The notes under the pieces are model-generated. The model did not search any database and was not told the DNA's origin. It was given only the letters and a program-made list of their open reading frames with translations. This document shows positions 1 to 13,987 of a stretch of 64,000 nt of DNA, piece by piece. The stretch is from Eledone cirrhosa (taxonomy: Eukaryota). The DNA is taken from the NCBI GenBank assembly GCA_964016885.1, contig OZ024741.1:16988001-17052000 (forward strand), in the 5' to 3' direction. Each line of letters opens with the position of its first letter. Positions within the stretch are counted from its first letter, which is position 1. Position numbers and translations under genes: made by a program.

Positions 1-820
1 TCCACCAGCCTCACCCTAGCTTAATAATGAGTTATACTACTAAATCCCTCCAAAATATTTGAAAATCATAAATAGGTAATGTCTTTCTTTTAAAATATGG
101 TAAAGAAAGGGTTACTCTCATGTCTGCGTCACTTGCCAATAAACCTAATCTTTTTAGTGGTGTCTGGTATCACTTAATTCTTGTAGTCATATCTGTAGTC
201 AATTAACTCTATCATATTCGTTGTAATGGTGTTTGGTATCGCTAACATACTTTACTCTCCCTCTCATCACCCAAGCTTATATATATATACATACATAGAT
301 GTGTGTGTGTGTGTCACGTAGCTCTTCTGCCCTACTGGTAACATGTAACCCAGTACAACCTATGCATGGTCGGGTCGTCGGTGACTAAACCGGCAAACCT
401 ATCAAGCTTACTTGGTGAGGAGGGGGTGTTGGACACCCTGCGGGATGAAAAACAAAAGCCGTCAAAGGGCGGAGGAACTCAGGAGAGACTCCCAGTCTTC
501 ATTAAGACATCTCTCTAGAAGGTTACTCTGATATAAAATATGCGACTTCGTTTGCATCCAATGCTGTAGACCAGTTCTTCTTTTTAGGCAAATGCATTCG
601 ATGTTCAGAGAGAGGGATTGGCCCCGTGCGAAGCCTTTCCCCACTTAAAAAAGCTTCAAGCACAGGCATCGCTTGATATGTGACATTGTTTGTGATGCAT
701 GGTATTGCTGGTCATAGGCAAGTCCCTAGCAGGACTAGGAAGCCACGTCCGTGATGCTCATGCTTAATTTCAAAATGATGGCATTACTCAAAATCGAGTT
801 GCAGCCATCATGTATGTATC

Positions 821-1231
821 GGGGAGATGACCCCTTAGCCTTTGTCAAGGCAGAATTCTAGGAGAAGGAAAACGCTGTTATAACACCTGCAACTCTGATG
901 GTATCCAATGATGTTGACTTGTTCTTCTTTTTTGGTATATATCATTTTGGTTAAGAGAGTGGGACTGGCTTTGTGCAGTGCCTTTGCTCACTATAAAAGC
1001 TTCACGGCACAGGCATTGCTTTATATCTGGAGATCTCTCTGCACTTGTCGTCACATGGTACCATGGGCCCAGCACTATGTGTCAATAATTGTCACAAGTG
1101 TAGTGTTTGTACCAGAGTTTTCAAGTCACTGGCTGGACTAAAAAGTGACACTCGTTCAGCGCATCGGTAGGGGTTCTCCTACATGGATATAAAGTAGTGG
1201 CCGTACTCGAAAACGAGTTGGCAGCCACCAT
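821..1231 (+). mobile_element. Non-autonomous RTE-like retroelement, short (~410 bp) form
   Basis: Near-identical to 17819-18231 (-) and 45925-46334 (+); ctaggagaaggaaaac motif; 3' hairpin ACTCG-AAAA-CGAGT; (ATGT)-type tail. Decayed copies lie head-to-tail at 330-812 and 1243-1710. Confidence 0.75.
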
Positions 1232-2056
1232 GTATATATGTATGTAACCCAGTACAACCTGTCCCATAGTCGGGTTTTCAGCGACTAAACCGGCAACCCC
1301 ACCAAGTTTTATGAAATACAAGACCCGGCGAACGGTGGAGGAACTCAGCAGAGTCAACGGCCATCCAAATAGTACATTTTTACCCCCACCTGGGAGTGAA
1401 AGGCACCTAAGCTGTTGTCACAACACATTTCTAAGAGAGCGAAACTCTGAAAAAAAAAACCCTGGGGCTTCGGAATCATCCAATGATGTTGACCAGTTCT
1501 CCTTTTCGGGTAGTGTTTTCGAAGCTCGGACTGTGGGATTGGTCGAGTGCAAGGCCTTTCCCCACTTAAAAAACTTTCAACACAGGCATTGCTTGTTCAG
1601 GATATGTTACAGGTTTGTGTGACTGGCCGTAGCCTTTTAGGCTACGTGCACCAAACTCTATAATCTGACAAGCGATTGCAATACTCTTAGCAGAGTTTTC
1701 AGCCATCATGTGTGTATGTAACTGTCATTTGCTTGAAATAGAACGTGAGCAAATCCAAACCCAACCGTTGCTATCTACGAATTCAAGCAACCACTAATCA
1801 CAATCCTACAATCCACCCTATCTACCCTACACCTACTGTATTAGTCTTACATTAAATTCAAATAATCCTTCAACACGATACACCAGCTGTCTCGGTAAAA
1901 CAACAACCAGCCTGCTCCAATTACTGGTATATATATATATATATATATATATAAGTGTGCATGCGTGTGTGTAAGAGTTGATAATGTGTGTCAAAAGACA
2001 AAGCAGCCGACGCATGTTGTAGAGTCGGATGTAAGACATATATCACTTTATGTATG

Positions 2057-2163
<107 letters not shown>

Positions 2164-2972
2164 AGATATATATATATATATATACAATTGAGTGCAGTCC
2201 CAGTAAAAATATATTATAAATAGGTATAAGCTTATATATGATGTTTTATGAGATATATGTTTTATAAGGAGAGAAATGTGCTCGGGGTCTGTGATGACTG
2301 CTTAACACTGCCTATCCATTCGTAAGTATCGAATAATAAGGGCTTCTTATATAGGCACAAGGCCAGCAATTTGGCGGGAGGGGAAAGTCGAAAAATCGAT
2401 CCCAGTGTGTGACTGGTACTTTATTTTATCGACTGCGTAAGGATGAAAGACAAAGTTAGCCACGGCGGGATTTGAACTCTCCTTTTCTGCTACTCACTAC
2501 AACTCTTGATAATATATAGTATTCTCTAAAGTATACATCGGTTGATTAATCTAATTTGCATATCGAGTGATTTTACGGCAGGCTTTTATGTTTAATACTT
2601 ATGTTTAATAATTTTAAAACAATTTTGAAACTAATCAACAATTTGGAAGGATTAAGCAACATAAATAACTTTCTCATGGTTAAGCTGATGTTTGGAACAA
2701 CATAAAAATATTCTTACATACAATTATGACGGAAAGTTTTTAAATAAACATGTATATAAATCGCTATAAACAGCTTAGTATCATAGACTCTGGGGCCTTT
2801 TAAGGCAGTTTAATATCTAAAGGGTTAAAATAAGTTGAAATTAGACAGAACCTTGCAGTCTCGAGACAGTTTAGTAGGAAAAGGGTTAAAATAAGTTGAA
2901 ACTAGGCAGAATCTGGCAGTTTCCTGTCCACGGGGAGACAATCATATAAGGTCATTATTTTACATATCATAT

Positions 2973-3158
2973 GGCGGTGGATTGGCAGTATCGGTAGAGG
3001 GTCGGACGCCATGTTCCAGCATAGTTACGTCCCTTTACGATCTGAGTTCAAATCCCGCCAAGGTTGACTTTGCCTTTCATCCTTACGGGGTCGATAAAAT
3101 AAAGTATCAGTAATGCACTGGGTAATTGCTGGCCTTGTGCCTAAAAGTAGAAACACTT
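2973..3158 (+). mobile_element. tRNA-derived SINE family A (Meta/MESC-like central domain)
   Basis: A box TGGCAGTATCGG, B box GAGTTCAAATCCC, body GCCTTTCATCCTTACGGGGTCGATAAAATAAAGTA(C/T)CAG. Other copies at ~2335-2480, 8130-8300, 9225-9320, 30655-30880, 32750-32930, 33988-34175, 54260-54415 and 58645-58835. Confidence 0.85.
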
Positions 3159-3276
3159 ATTTTACATATCATAGTGAGGATAAAATTGTGTTTACACACG
3201 TGTAGGGTTTACCTTTCCTCTCACGTTACTCTGTAAAATCGCTGTGTAATGCACTATTAATTTACCTATATACATT

Positions 3277-3287
<11 letters not shown>

Positions 3288-3309
<22 letters not shown>

Positions 3310-3445
3310 GTTTAACGTCTATCTTCCACGCTAGCATGGGTTTAGACGGGAATTGTCCCACGTGAGGCAAGATTGGTTGTCTTGCTCGTATAGGACTGTC
3401 TGGCGGGTTTTCTACGGCTGGATGCCCTTCCCAACACCAACCACG
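3288..3445 (-). mobile_element. RTE-related SINE/LINE 3' end with (GAT)n tail
   Basis: ggaagggcatccagccgtagaaa...catgctagcgtggaagatagacgttaaacgatgatg; the tail recurs at ~24650-24690 and 29836-29877. Confidence 0.6.
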
Positions 3446-3682
3446 TTTACAGTGTGAACTGGGAGGTATTTACCGTGTTACCTACATGGCCACATTACAG
3501 CGTGGACTGTGTTTTTGTCGTGACACCTACACGACCTCATTTATTTAGGACTGGATGTTGTGGCATCAACATAACTTTACAGAGAAAGGGGTGGTGTAGA
3601 TGGGGGTGGGGGTAGGGGAAGTGGGATGGGGGTGTATTTTTGTTACAGGTACCTACTGACTGTAGTAGGTTTCGCTTTGAAC

Positions 3683-3958
3683 TTAGGCAAGGCGGGTCTT
3701 CTGTATTACTGTGTAGCGCCAAAGATCTCGGTCCAGTGACATTGTCTTAGAGAGGTGTATGTTTGTGAGGTCGGAATTTATCAAACCTTCCCAGGTTTTT
3801 CTGGTTCTGCCTACTCCGTAACTTCCATCTATTTTGATCGCCCTGCACTTTTTTATACAGCTGTCGTCTTTCATGCGCATCACGTGACCATACCAACGTA
3901 GTCTTCTCTCGAGTAAACAGAATCTGATCCCTCTTATTCCTAATTTCTCACTTAGTTC

Positions 3959-3960
<2 letters not shown>
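3683..3960 (-). mobile_element. RTE-clade LINE 3' fragment
   Basis: [12 protein letters not shown]...GRTRKTW...DRDLWR. Confidence 0.85.
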
Positions 3961-4006
<46 letters not shown>

Positions 4007-4080
4007 TATATATATATATACATACATACACACATATATACATACTTATATATATATATATATACATATATGTACATATG

Positions 4081-4142
<62 letters not shown>

Positions 4143-4459
4143 CATACATACACACATATATACATACTTATATATATACATATATATACATACATACATA
4201 TATATACGTATACATATATATACATGCACACACACACACACACACTCACACACACACACACACATATATATATATACACGTTATGATATATCGATACCTC
4301 ATGTATATATAACCTTATCTGCTTGGGTGTAATTTAACCTGCTATTGGAGTAAATTTTTGTGTTACTTTTACAACAAACAGTTTGGTATGTTAAGGTGTT
4401 CTTAGATTGTGAACCAGACACTTCTATTATTAAGGTGTATATATATACATATATGTGTG

Positions 4460-4507
<48 letters not shown>

Positions 4508-4899
4508 GAGATTATATTTAATTTAAAAAATTGTATAACTTTTATAAAGCACTCAACAGTTTAATGGAGTAAATATACAATATATTAATAAATGGAAACT
4601 ATATTTATAAAACCATATTTATTTTATTATGCATATTTCAAGGGCCACCAAGGCAAATTATGGTGCAAATTATATATATATATATATATATGTTACCCGG
4701 AGATTTACCCATCTGCATTGTCGAGGCTTCCAAACGACTTAAAGAAATTTACCTTATTCCACAATGCTTCAAGCAAACTTCAATACTCTCTTATATATAT
4801 ATATATATTAATATATTATATATATATATACATATATACATATATATAGAACATTCTTAATAGATTTTGATATATTCTTATATATATATATATGTGAAA

Positions 4900-4991
<92 letters not shown>

Positions 4992-5021
4992 ATATATACA
5001 CACACACACATACACACACAC

Positions 5022-5052
<31 letters not shown>

Positions 5053-5598
5053 TTCACACATATATATATACATAAAAGAATATATCAAAATCTATTAAGA
5101 ATGTTCTAAACACAAACATACATACATAACATATATACACACACATACAAACATAACATATACACACATACATACATAACATATATACAAACATACAAAC
5201 ATAACATATATACACACGCAAACGTAATATATATACACACATACATACATAACATATACACACATACAAACATAACATATATACACACACATACAAATAT
5301 AACATATACACACATACATAACATATATACACACATACAAACATAACATATATACACACACAAACATAACATATATACACACGTACAAACATAACATATA
5401 TACACACATACAAACTTAACTTATATACACACATTCAAACATAACATAGATACACAAAAAACTTAACTTATATACACACATACATACATAACATACACAC
5501 ATACATACAAACATAACATACACACATACATACAAGAAAACACCACCTGCTTTCACGTTTCATGCTTTCTTTTCAACTTTTCTATCTTTCTCCCATAT

Positions 5599-6205
5599 AT
5601 GGTGGCTGCCAACTCGTTTTCGAGTACGGCCACTACTTTATATCCATGTAGGAGAACTACCGATGCGCTGAATGAGTGTGAGTTCTTAGTCCAGCCAACG
5701 ACTTGAAAACTCTGGTACAAACACTACACTTGTGACAATTATTGACACATAGTGCTGGGCCCATGGTACCATGTGACGACAAGTGCAGAGAGATCTCCAG
5801 ATATAAAGCAATGCCTGTGTCGTGAAGCTTTTATAGTGAGCAAAGGCACTGCACAAAGCCAGTCCCACTCTCTTAACCAAAATGATATTTACCAAAAAGA
5901 AGCACAAGTCAACATCATTGGATACCATCAGAGTTGCAGGTGTTATATCGGAGTTTTCCTTCTCCTAGAATTCTGCCTTGACAATGGCTAAGGGGTCATC
6001 TCTCCCGGTGATTTTGGATGGCCATTGACTCTTAAGAGCTCCTTTGCCCTTTGACAGGTTTTGTTTTTATTCCTGCAGGATGTCCAAAGTCACCCTCCTC
6101 ACCAAGAAACCTTGGTGGGGTTGCCAGTTTAGTCGCCAACGACCCGACCATGAGTCAGGTTGTACTGGGATACATGTTACCAGTAGCACCAACTGGTGAC
6201 CTGAC
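5599..6205 (-). mobile_element. Same family, long (~605 bp) form
   Basis: Reverse complement of 46359-46968. Confidence 0.78.
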
Positions 6206-6372
6206 ATATATACACATATACATACATACATACATACATACATACATACATACATACATACATACATACATACATACATAAATATATACATATATACATA
6301 CATAAATATATACATATATACATATATACATACATAAATATATACATATATACATATATACATACATACATA

Positions 6373-6920
6373 CACGGGACAGGGAGAAGAAAACATGCAC
6401 AGTAGTGGAAATTAGCTGCCCAGCAGATGCCAATATAATATCAAAGATTAGTGAAAAGGAGAATATTTATGCAGAACTGATGAGAAATCTGCAGATACTC
6501 CACCCTGATTACACCTTCAGATTTATGCCTGTGATTATTGGGGCACTGGGATATGTTAGTAACTGCCTCAATACAAATCTTGAGAAGCTAGGCTTCACAG
6601 GAACAGAAAGAACACAACTAGTTAGGAAATTACAAGTACAATCCATTAATGGAACAGTAAAAATATGTAAAACATTCCAAAAATTCTGCATCTAATAACT
6701 GCATATACACATGTACAGATACATAGCATATACACATGCACACATACAACTAAAAACATACACATCCACACATACAATAACATCCATATCTACACATGCA
6801 TACATACATATCTACCTAGTTGATGTTGTGTAAATTCCAATGTGAGAGTCTTGTGTCTATGTTAGAAATCGACTCTCTCTCTATTGGTAAAACTTTGTGA
6901 AATTATAAAACCAGAAGAAC
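6373..6920 (+). mobile_element. 5'-truncated R4/Dong-type LINE (restriction-like endonuclease C-terminus + 3'UTR)
   Basis: VVEISCPADANI..K..EKENIYAEL...FMPVIIGALG...LQVQSINGTVKI; flanked on both sides by (CATA)n. Confidence 0.82.
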
Positions 6921-7067
6921 ATACATACATACATACATACATACATACATGCATAGATATATACATACATACATACGTACATTCACACATATAAACATAC
7001 ATACATATAAACAAACATATATACAAACATATATACAAACATATATACAAACATATATACATATCTA

Positions 7068-7366
7068 CATGGCTGGATTTAGACCTTGGGGCCCCGAGGC
7101 ACTTAAGGTTTGGGTCCCGTCATACACAATAATCTACACAGCAAACTGCCCAATTTTACATATCAATGTTAGCTTGGTGCAAGTAATTGGAATTGAAAAG
7201 TTATACGGTGCCCCAGCATGGCCTCAGGCCGATGGCTGGAACAGGTAAAAGAGTAAAAGAGTATACAGGTATCAATTTCAATAATTCTAACCATCCTAAA
7301 ACTAAAAAGCGCTGCTGGGGGCACAAATAAATTACTACGGCCGTCGCTAGTGAGGATCCGGCCCTG
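7068..7366. mobile_element. hAT-type MITE
   Basis: Termini CATGGCTGGAT.../...ATCCGGCCCTG, subterminal GGGGCCCC, 8-bp flanks catatcta/catacata (6 of 8 match). Confidence 0.55.
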
Positions 7367-7839
7367 CATACATACATGAAGGTAGGTGAATTAGGGGTGC
7401 TCGGTTATGATCATAAGGTCGGTAATTCCATTAACTGGCGGCACATTCTTTAAGTTCACCCAACGGAAAAAATGAGTTGAACCTGTATTTAAAAGGGTCA
7501 GCCATGTCACATACTGTGTGACGCTAGATCTCCACGAGGGTCATGTTAAATTTACACGTGTCTGTGGAATGATTAGCATTTTAATTTCACGAGTAGGCTG
7601 TTCTATTGATCGATTTTACTGGAACACTTGTAGGAAACATCAAAAGTCCAACACAGCCTCACACACATACATACACTAACACACACACACATACATACAC
7701 CAACACACGCACACACACATACATACACCAAAACACACACATACACGCCAACACACGCGCACACACACACCAACACACACATACACACACTAACATACAC
7801 TCACACACATACATACACACACAGTGTGTGTGTGTGTGT

Positions 7840-7923
<84 letters not shown>

Positions 7924-8449
7924 TCGGTAAGGAATTTACTTTGAGTTGATTTTAAGTATCAATATCGCATCTTCCAGGCGCAGGGTCCTGTCCCTCCCGG
8001 GGGAGCCGTATAGACATTCATTTCTGGGGCATTTAAACATATAAAGAAACAGAGTAGAGCCCAGCTCTCTCCAGGTCTGAATTCAGCATATTTCTTCCAG
8101 AGAAGGATAGAGAATGAGAGAGTGGAAGTGAGACAGATATATAGAGGGAGAATCGACCATAGTGCTAGACTGCTACTTCATTTATCGACCTTAAATGGAT
8201 GAAAGGCAAAGTTGATCTCGGCGGGATTTGAACTCAGAGAACAGAGAGTAGAAACGAATACTACAAAGTATTCTATCCAACCTTCTCAACACTCGGCTGG
8301 CGTCTTTCTTTAACCCTTTAGCATTTAAACCGGTCATATCCGGCCAGAATTTTCTCACCTCTTTCTGTTCAAACTAGCCATAACAGGCTACTCATACTTG
8401 TGTTAATGTATTGTTCCCAAAATAAATAATATCAAAATCTCATAGATGC

Positions 8450-9190
8450 AAAGCGGCGTTGCCAGTCGGAAGTCAGAAAGCACTCGAGCAACATGGCTTC
8501 CATCAAAACATCAAGTTCATGGTGAAGCTAGGGAGGAAGAACAGCCAAATCAATGACATTCTCCAAGCAAGTTTATGGAGACATTGCCCCAAAGAGATTA
8601 AATGGATAAGTCGTTCTAGAAGTGGAAGAGATGAGGTTGAAGATGATCCCCAGTTGAAGATGTAAAAAAAAAGTGCTTTGACATGGTTTAAATCGTATGA
8701 CCCTCATTTTTACACAGATGGACTTAAAGGCTGGTATCAACAGATGTACTTAAAGGCTGGTATCAACAGATGTACTTAAAGGCTGGTATCAACAGATGGA
8801 CTTAAAGGCTGGTATCAACAGATGGACTTAAAGGCTGGTATCAACAGATGTACTTAAAAGCTGGTATCAACAGATGGACTTAAAGGTTGGTATCAACAGA
8901 TGTACTTAAAGGCTGGTATCAACAGATGTACTTAAAAGTTTGTATCAACAGATGTACTTAAAGGCTGGTATCAACAGATGTACTTAAAGGTTGGTATCAA
9001 CAGATGTACTTAAAGGCTGGTATCAACAGATGTACTTAAAGGTTGGTATCAACAGATGTACTTAAAGGCTGGTATCAACACTTGCAGAAGTGTATTGACC
9101 TAGCTGAAGGATATATTGAAATATAAACATCATAACTTAATCCGTTTGTGCCAACAGTCCCTTTTCCAGGAACTTTCTGAAGCCCCCTCC
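8450..9190 (+). mobile_element. Second copy of the same deleted mariner, containing a minisatellite
   Basis: HQNIKFMVKLGRKNSQI...GRDEVEDDP; same internal deletion junction as the 22.3-22.7 kb copy. Confidence 0.8.
8714..9080. repeat. 26-bp minisatellite, ~14 copies
   Basis: Unit acagatg(g/t)acttaaaggctggtatca. Confidence 0.95.
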
Positions 9191-9444
9191 TTTGATTAGC
9201 ACAATAAATATTATTGTTCTTTTAACTTTGCCTTTCATCCTTACGTGGTCGATAAAATAAAGTACCAGTAATGTACTGGGTTATTGCTGGCCTTGTGCCA
9301 ATGGTAGAAACAATTGTTGTTCTTATTAGTGACAAATATCCCAGTGACACAGTATTCAGCAATGACAGAAACATGAGAGACATTGTGGTGAAAAGGTTAT
9401 TTTATTAGGATTGATGATTCCCAGGGTAAGATGGGGGTGGGGAG

Positions 9445-9498
<54 letters not shown>

Positions 9499-9572
9499 GA
9501 CCACCGGCACCTCCACCACTACTACTACTACCATCACCACCGCCACTACTACTACTACTACCATCACCACCG

Positions 9573-9636
<64 letters not shown>

Positions 9637-9799
9637 CACGACGACGACGACGACCACCGCCGCCGCCACCACCACCACCACCACCACCACCACCACCACC
9701 ACCACTACTACTACTGCTACTACTATTACTACTACTACTACCACGACGACGACGACGACCACCGCCGCCGCCGCCACCACCACCACCACCACCACCACC

Positions 9800-9833
<34 letters not shown>

Positions 9834-9998
9834 TTGTTGACCATTTGTTACACCAGTGTGCTGTTTAACCTTTATTCAGCTGTATGAGACGGTTGACACC
9901 CAAAAGCATAAGGACGGTTCCTAGCTGTTTTACTAGTTATTTAATAGCAGCAGGCGTAGTAGTAGTAATGGTGGTGGTGGTGGTAGTAGTAGTAGTAA

Positions 9999-10052
<54 letters not shown>

Positions 10053-10117
10053 CAGTAGTAGTAGTAATAGTAGTAGTAGTAGTAGTAGTAGTAGCAGCAG
10101 CAGCAGCAGCAGTAATG

Positions 10118-10175
<58 letters not shown>

Positions 10176-10514
10176 CAGTAGTTCACAAAGTTGACTTAAA
10201 CACCATTGATAATTACATAAATTACAAGAAAGATAAAAACAAAATTAAGTAATGAGAAAAAGGTGGGAAGGGGAGATCTGGCTGGGTGGGGAAGTAAAGA
10301 AAAGTACTATAGATGTCATAAATTAGAGGAAAAAGAGCAGAAAAGCAATATACTAGGGCCACAGAAAGGGGGGAGAGGATGATGGGCTCTGGGTCTAGGG
10401 CGGTATTTGGGTTGCACGCCACGGAAAAAACTCTGTTTTACACGTGCTCCGTTGAGTTCACCGCGAGGAGTAACTAAAGAAATGCCCTCTCTGTGTGTGT
10501 GTGGGTGCATATGG

Positions 10515-10548
<34 letters not shown>

Positions 10549-11313
10549 ATGTATGTGTGTATGTATGTGTGTGTATGAGTATGTGCGTGTATGAGTATGT
10601 GTGTGATCGTATGTGTGTGTATGTGTGTATGGGTGTATGTGTGTGTGTATGTGTGTGTATGTATGTATGTGTGTATGTGTGCACGTGTGCACGTGTGCGT
10701 GTGTGTGTATGCAATACAGGAAAAGGTGGTCGGTAGAGAGGCACCCCTTGAGTTCCTAGTAGCAGACGTTGGTGTCAGCAAAGCTATCCAGTTGTGTAAA
10801 TAGTTCCACCTCGACATGTTCTCCGTGCTAGGACACAGTAGGGTGAAGTCACTATATGTTATGACATACATACATACATACATACATACATACATACATA
10901 CATACATACATACATGATAGCTGCCCCCTCGTTATCGAGTATGGCCGTTGCACGATATACCATTATTAATAATTATTAATTAGTTCTATCGTGCAATGCC
11001 TGTGCGTGAAGATATTTTTTAAAGTAAGGAAAGACTGTGCACTGAGCCAATCCCACTCCCTGAGTGACAGTAGCTATAACCCGAAAAGAAGAAAATATCA
11101 ACATCATATGTAACTACTGAGCCGCAGGTTTTATATCGGAGTTATCCCAGTTTCCTGAGTTGCCTTCTCCTAGAAGAAGGACCTAACAAAGGCTAGAGGT
11201 CCTTCACTCCCAGTGGTTTAACCTCGCGATCGGGTGTCCAGCCCGACTATTTCTCTGTCCCCGCGCATATATATATATGTGGAAAAAATGTATATATATA
11301 TATATATATATAT

Positions 11314-12056
11314 ATGGAAAGTTATATTTAAATTGTTGGGTTAACAACGAGTAAATATTTATAACTGATATAAAAGCACTCAACAAGTATTTGGAGTATA
11401 TTTATGATATTAAATAAATGGAAACTATATTTATAAAACCATATTTATTTCGTTATATATATTTCAGGGATATCATATTAACAATATGTTATGCCATCTT
11501 CAGACAAAATACAATATAAACAGTCTTATAAATAAATAGATACGACATACCTTTCAATCACCTTGCATTTGTGAGGTTGATTTGGCAGTAAAAATTGTGG
11601 ACAGTTGTAAAAAGAAAGAGATAAAGAGAAAGAAACGAAGAAAAAGAAATGTATGTGACTAAATAGAGGGATATAGAAAGATAGATAAAGAGAAGACCTT
11701 CATGTAAAGAAACAGAGAGAAATATATATAGAGAGAGGAAAAAAAAGAAAGAGATAGATAGAGATAGATAGAGAAATTAGGAAGTTGAGTATCGGTTGAT
11801 ACATTTATTTATTTATTTATTTATTTATTTAGCTCTAGTATTAATGTAAAGAGAGATGTATGTAGTTAAGAGAGAAAATAGCCGTTATATATAGAGAAAA
11901 AAGAGAAAATGAAAAAGAGAAAATGAAACATAACCAGACATAAACGATGCAGAATTTAAAACCGCTATGTTTTATTCGTAGAAAATATTAGTTCGTATAA
12001 AACAGGCACTATAATGTAAATATCAGTATTCATGAATGAGACATGTATCTATAATG
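11314..12056 (-). repeat. PLE 3' pseudo-LTR (direct repeat of 15471-16212)
   Basis: Near-identical ~742-bp sequence from atggaaagttatatttaaattg to gtatctataatg. Confidence 0.92.
11446..11511 (-). ncRNA. Minimal hammerhead ribozyme, copy in the 3' pseudo-LTR
   Basis: Reverse complement of 17265-17330. Confidence 0.8.
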
Positions 12057-13987
12057 TGTGAAAAGTAATGATCTTATGTCTAGTTTTTAAAAATTCATAT
12101 GTTTATATCATAATTATAAACAAACTCCCAATTCACACGAAAACATTCTCATTGTGCTATAAAAATTCAAGTATACATATATGTGTGTATATATACACAT
12201 ATAAATAGAGTCTATATTAATTTTAATTTTAACAATACTATTCTTGTCTTTATTCTACATGATTGTCGATCAAGCAGAAATAGAGAACAGATTTCAATAT
12301 ATTAATAAAAATAAAAATAAAAATATCAGAGACAAGAAAATAAATAAATAAACAGAAAACTAAAACATTTAATATTAAAAATAAAAAAATAGTACAAAAT
12401 ATTAAAAAATATTAAAAAATAATACAAATAAAACACAGAGATCAGCCTTTCAAAGTTAATTGACAATATATTGCCAAGATCATCATAAGCATCAGAGTCG
12501 AAACAGATAAAACAAAAATTGTTTACCAAATCCTGTCTAGCAGAAATCATTCCAAAAGTTTAGGATACCCAATTGGTCTACATATGTTCTTATATATAAT
12601 ATAGAAGTTTATCTAGTTTAAAATTTAATTCGATATATTTGGAGCATCAGCTTTTAGGGTAGTTTAATTATTCATGAAGAATGTTTTAATAAAAAGAATG
12701 TTTTAATAAAAAGAAGAAATCGAAAGATTTATCGGCTAGTTTCATAAATAATTACAAATCAAATCAAAACAAACATAACTACATTTTAAATTTAAATTTA
12801 TATTTAAACGTTGAGTTCAATCTATGTCTGCAGCAACTGAATAAATTTGTCCGTAGATTAAGGGAATTTTTAGATTTTAGTATAAAGAATATCTCCTCCG
12901 CACATAGGTCACATGTCTCAGAGGATGAATTAAAAGGAATCCCCCTTGAAACTATATTCCAAGTCGTCGAATATCTAACGTTATCATGCCTAAGTTGCCA
13001 GAGTACGCCTGATAGTGCTGTTGAAGATTTTTTGGATGGATCTGTGAAAGAATTCTTGTGGTTGTTATAGCGAAGTTTAAATTCCGTCGATGTAGAACCA
13101 ACGTAGTTAAAAGAATTAATGTCCGTTTTAACATTACAGTTGTATATTATATTTTTAACTAAGCAGTTGTTATTTAACGGACATTTAGATCTATCTCTAC
13201 AATTACATTTGTTAACTTGGATATTATTTATGGTATTATCGCTAGGTTTTAAGTTCCTGTTATTTATTCTATTAATATTTTGCGCTAAATTTTTGGTGGA
13301 TGAGTAGGTTAGTTTTATAGTATGTCTATTGAAAATTGAGTGATACCTATGTGTTCTAGGGAAGCGATTATCGAGAGCTTTAAAAAATAGTTTAGCAATG
13401 TGGGTTTTAATGTTTAGTGAGAAAGGGGGGGCAAACCATATTATATTCCTAGTTCTATTTCTTTTATGGCTTTTGGAATTATTGTAATGCTTTCTATTAT
13501 AGTTGTTAAGGTTGTGGCCATAATTAAAATAGTTGTTATTTTGTTTAATTTGTTTATCATTATCTATGTACATAATTTTATCACTATATCCTGCTCTAGC
13601 TAACGCTTCATTGTAATAATGGGCTTTTTCGTCGAAAATCTTTTTATTAGATGAGATTCTAGAGATACGTGATTGAACAGAGTTTACTATAGTATTTTTA
13701 ACAGATTTGGGGTGGTTAGAGTTAAAGCTGACATAGTTTAAGTTTTCATTCAACTTGTGAAATGGATAGTGAAGACATGTGTTGAGATTTAATGTTATAT
13801 CTAGGAAGTTGACTATTCTATGGTTATTCTCAATTTCTATTTTTAGATTAAAGTGATTAAAAAATTGTGTAATTTGTTTTCTTTTTCTATTTAGTTCAGA
13901 GTTATTATTATCAATAAGTAAAAGCATGTCATCTCTATATAAACCTCCGGTAGTACCAGGTATTTTCCTATGCAGCGAATTGATTAA

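Noticed and set aside
878-1141. Recurrent 65-80 aa ORFs (MLGPWYHV..., MVSNDVDL...)
   Set aside because: They recur only because they lie in a young repeat; non-ATG starts, indels between copies and no recognisable domain
12690-12750. SECIS-like ATGA-N11-AAA just 3' of the PLE ORF (- strand)
   Set aside because: No pairing helix II and no GA at the required distance
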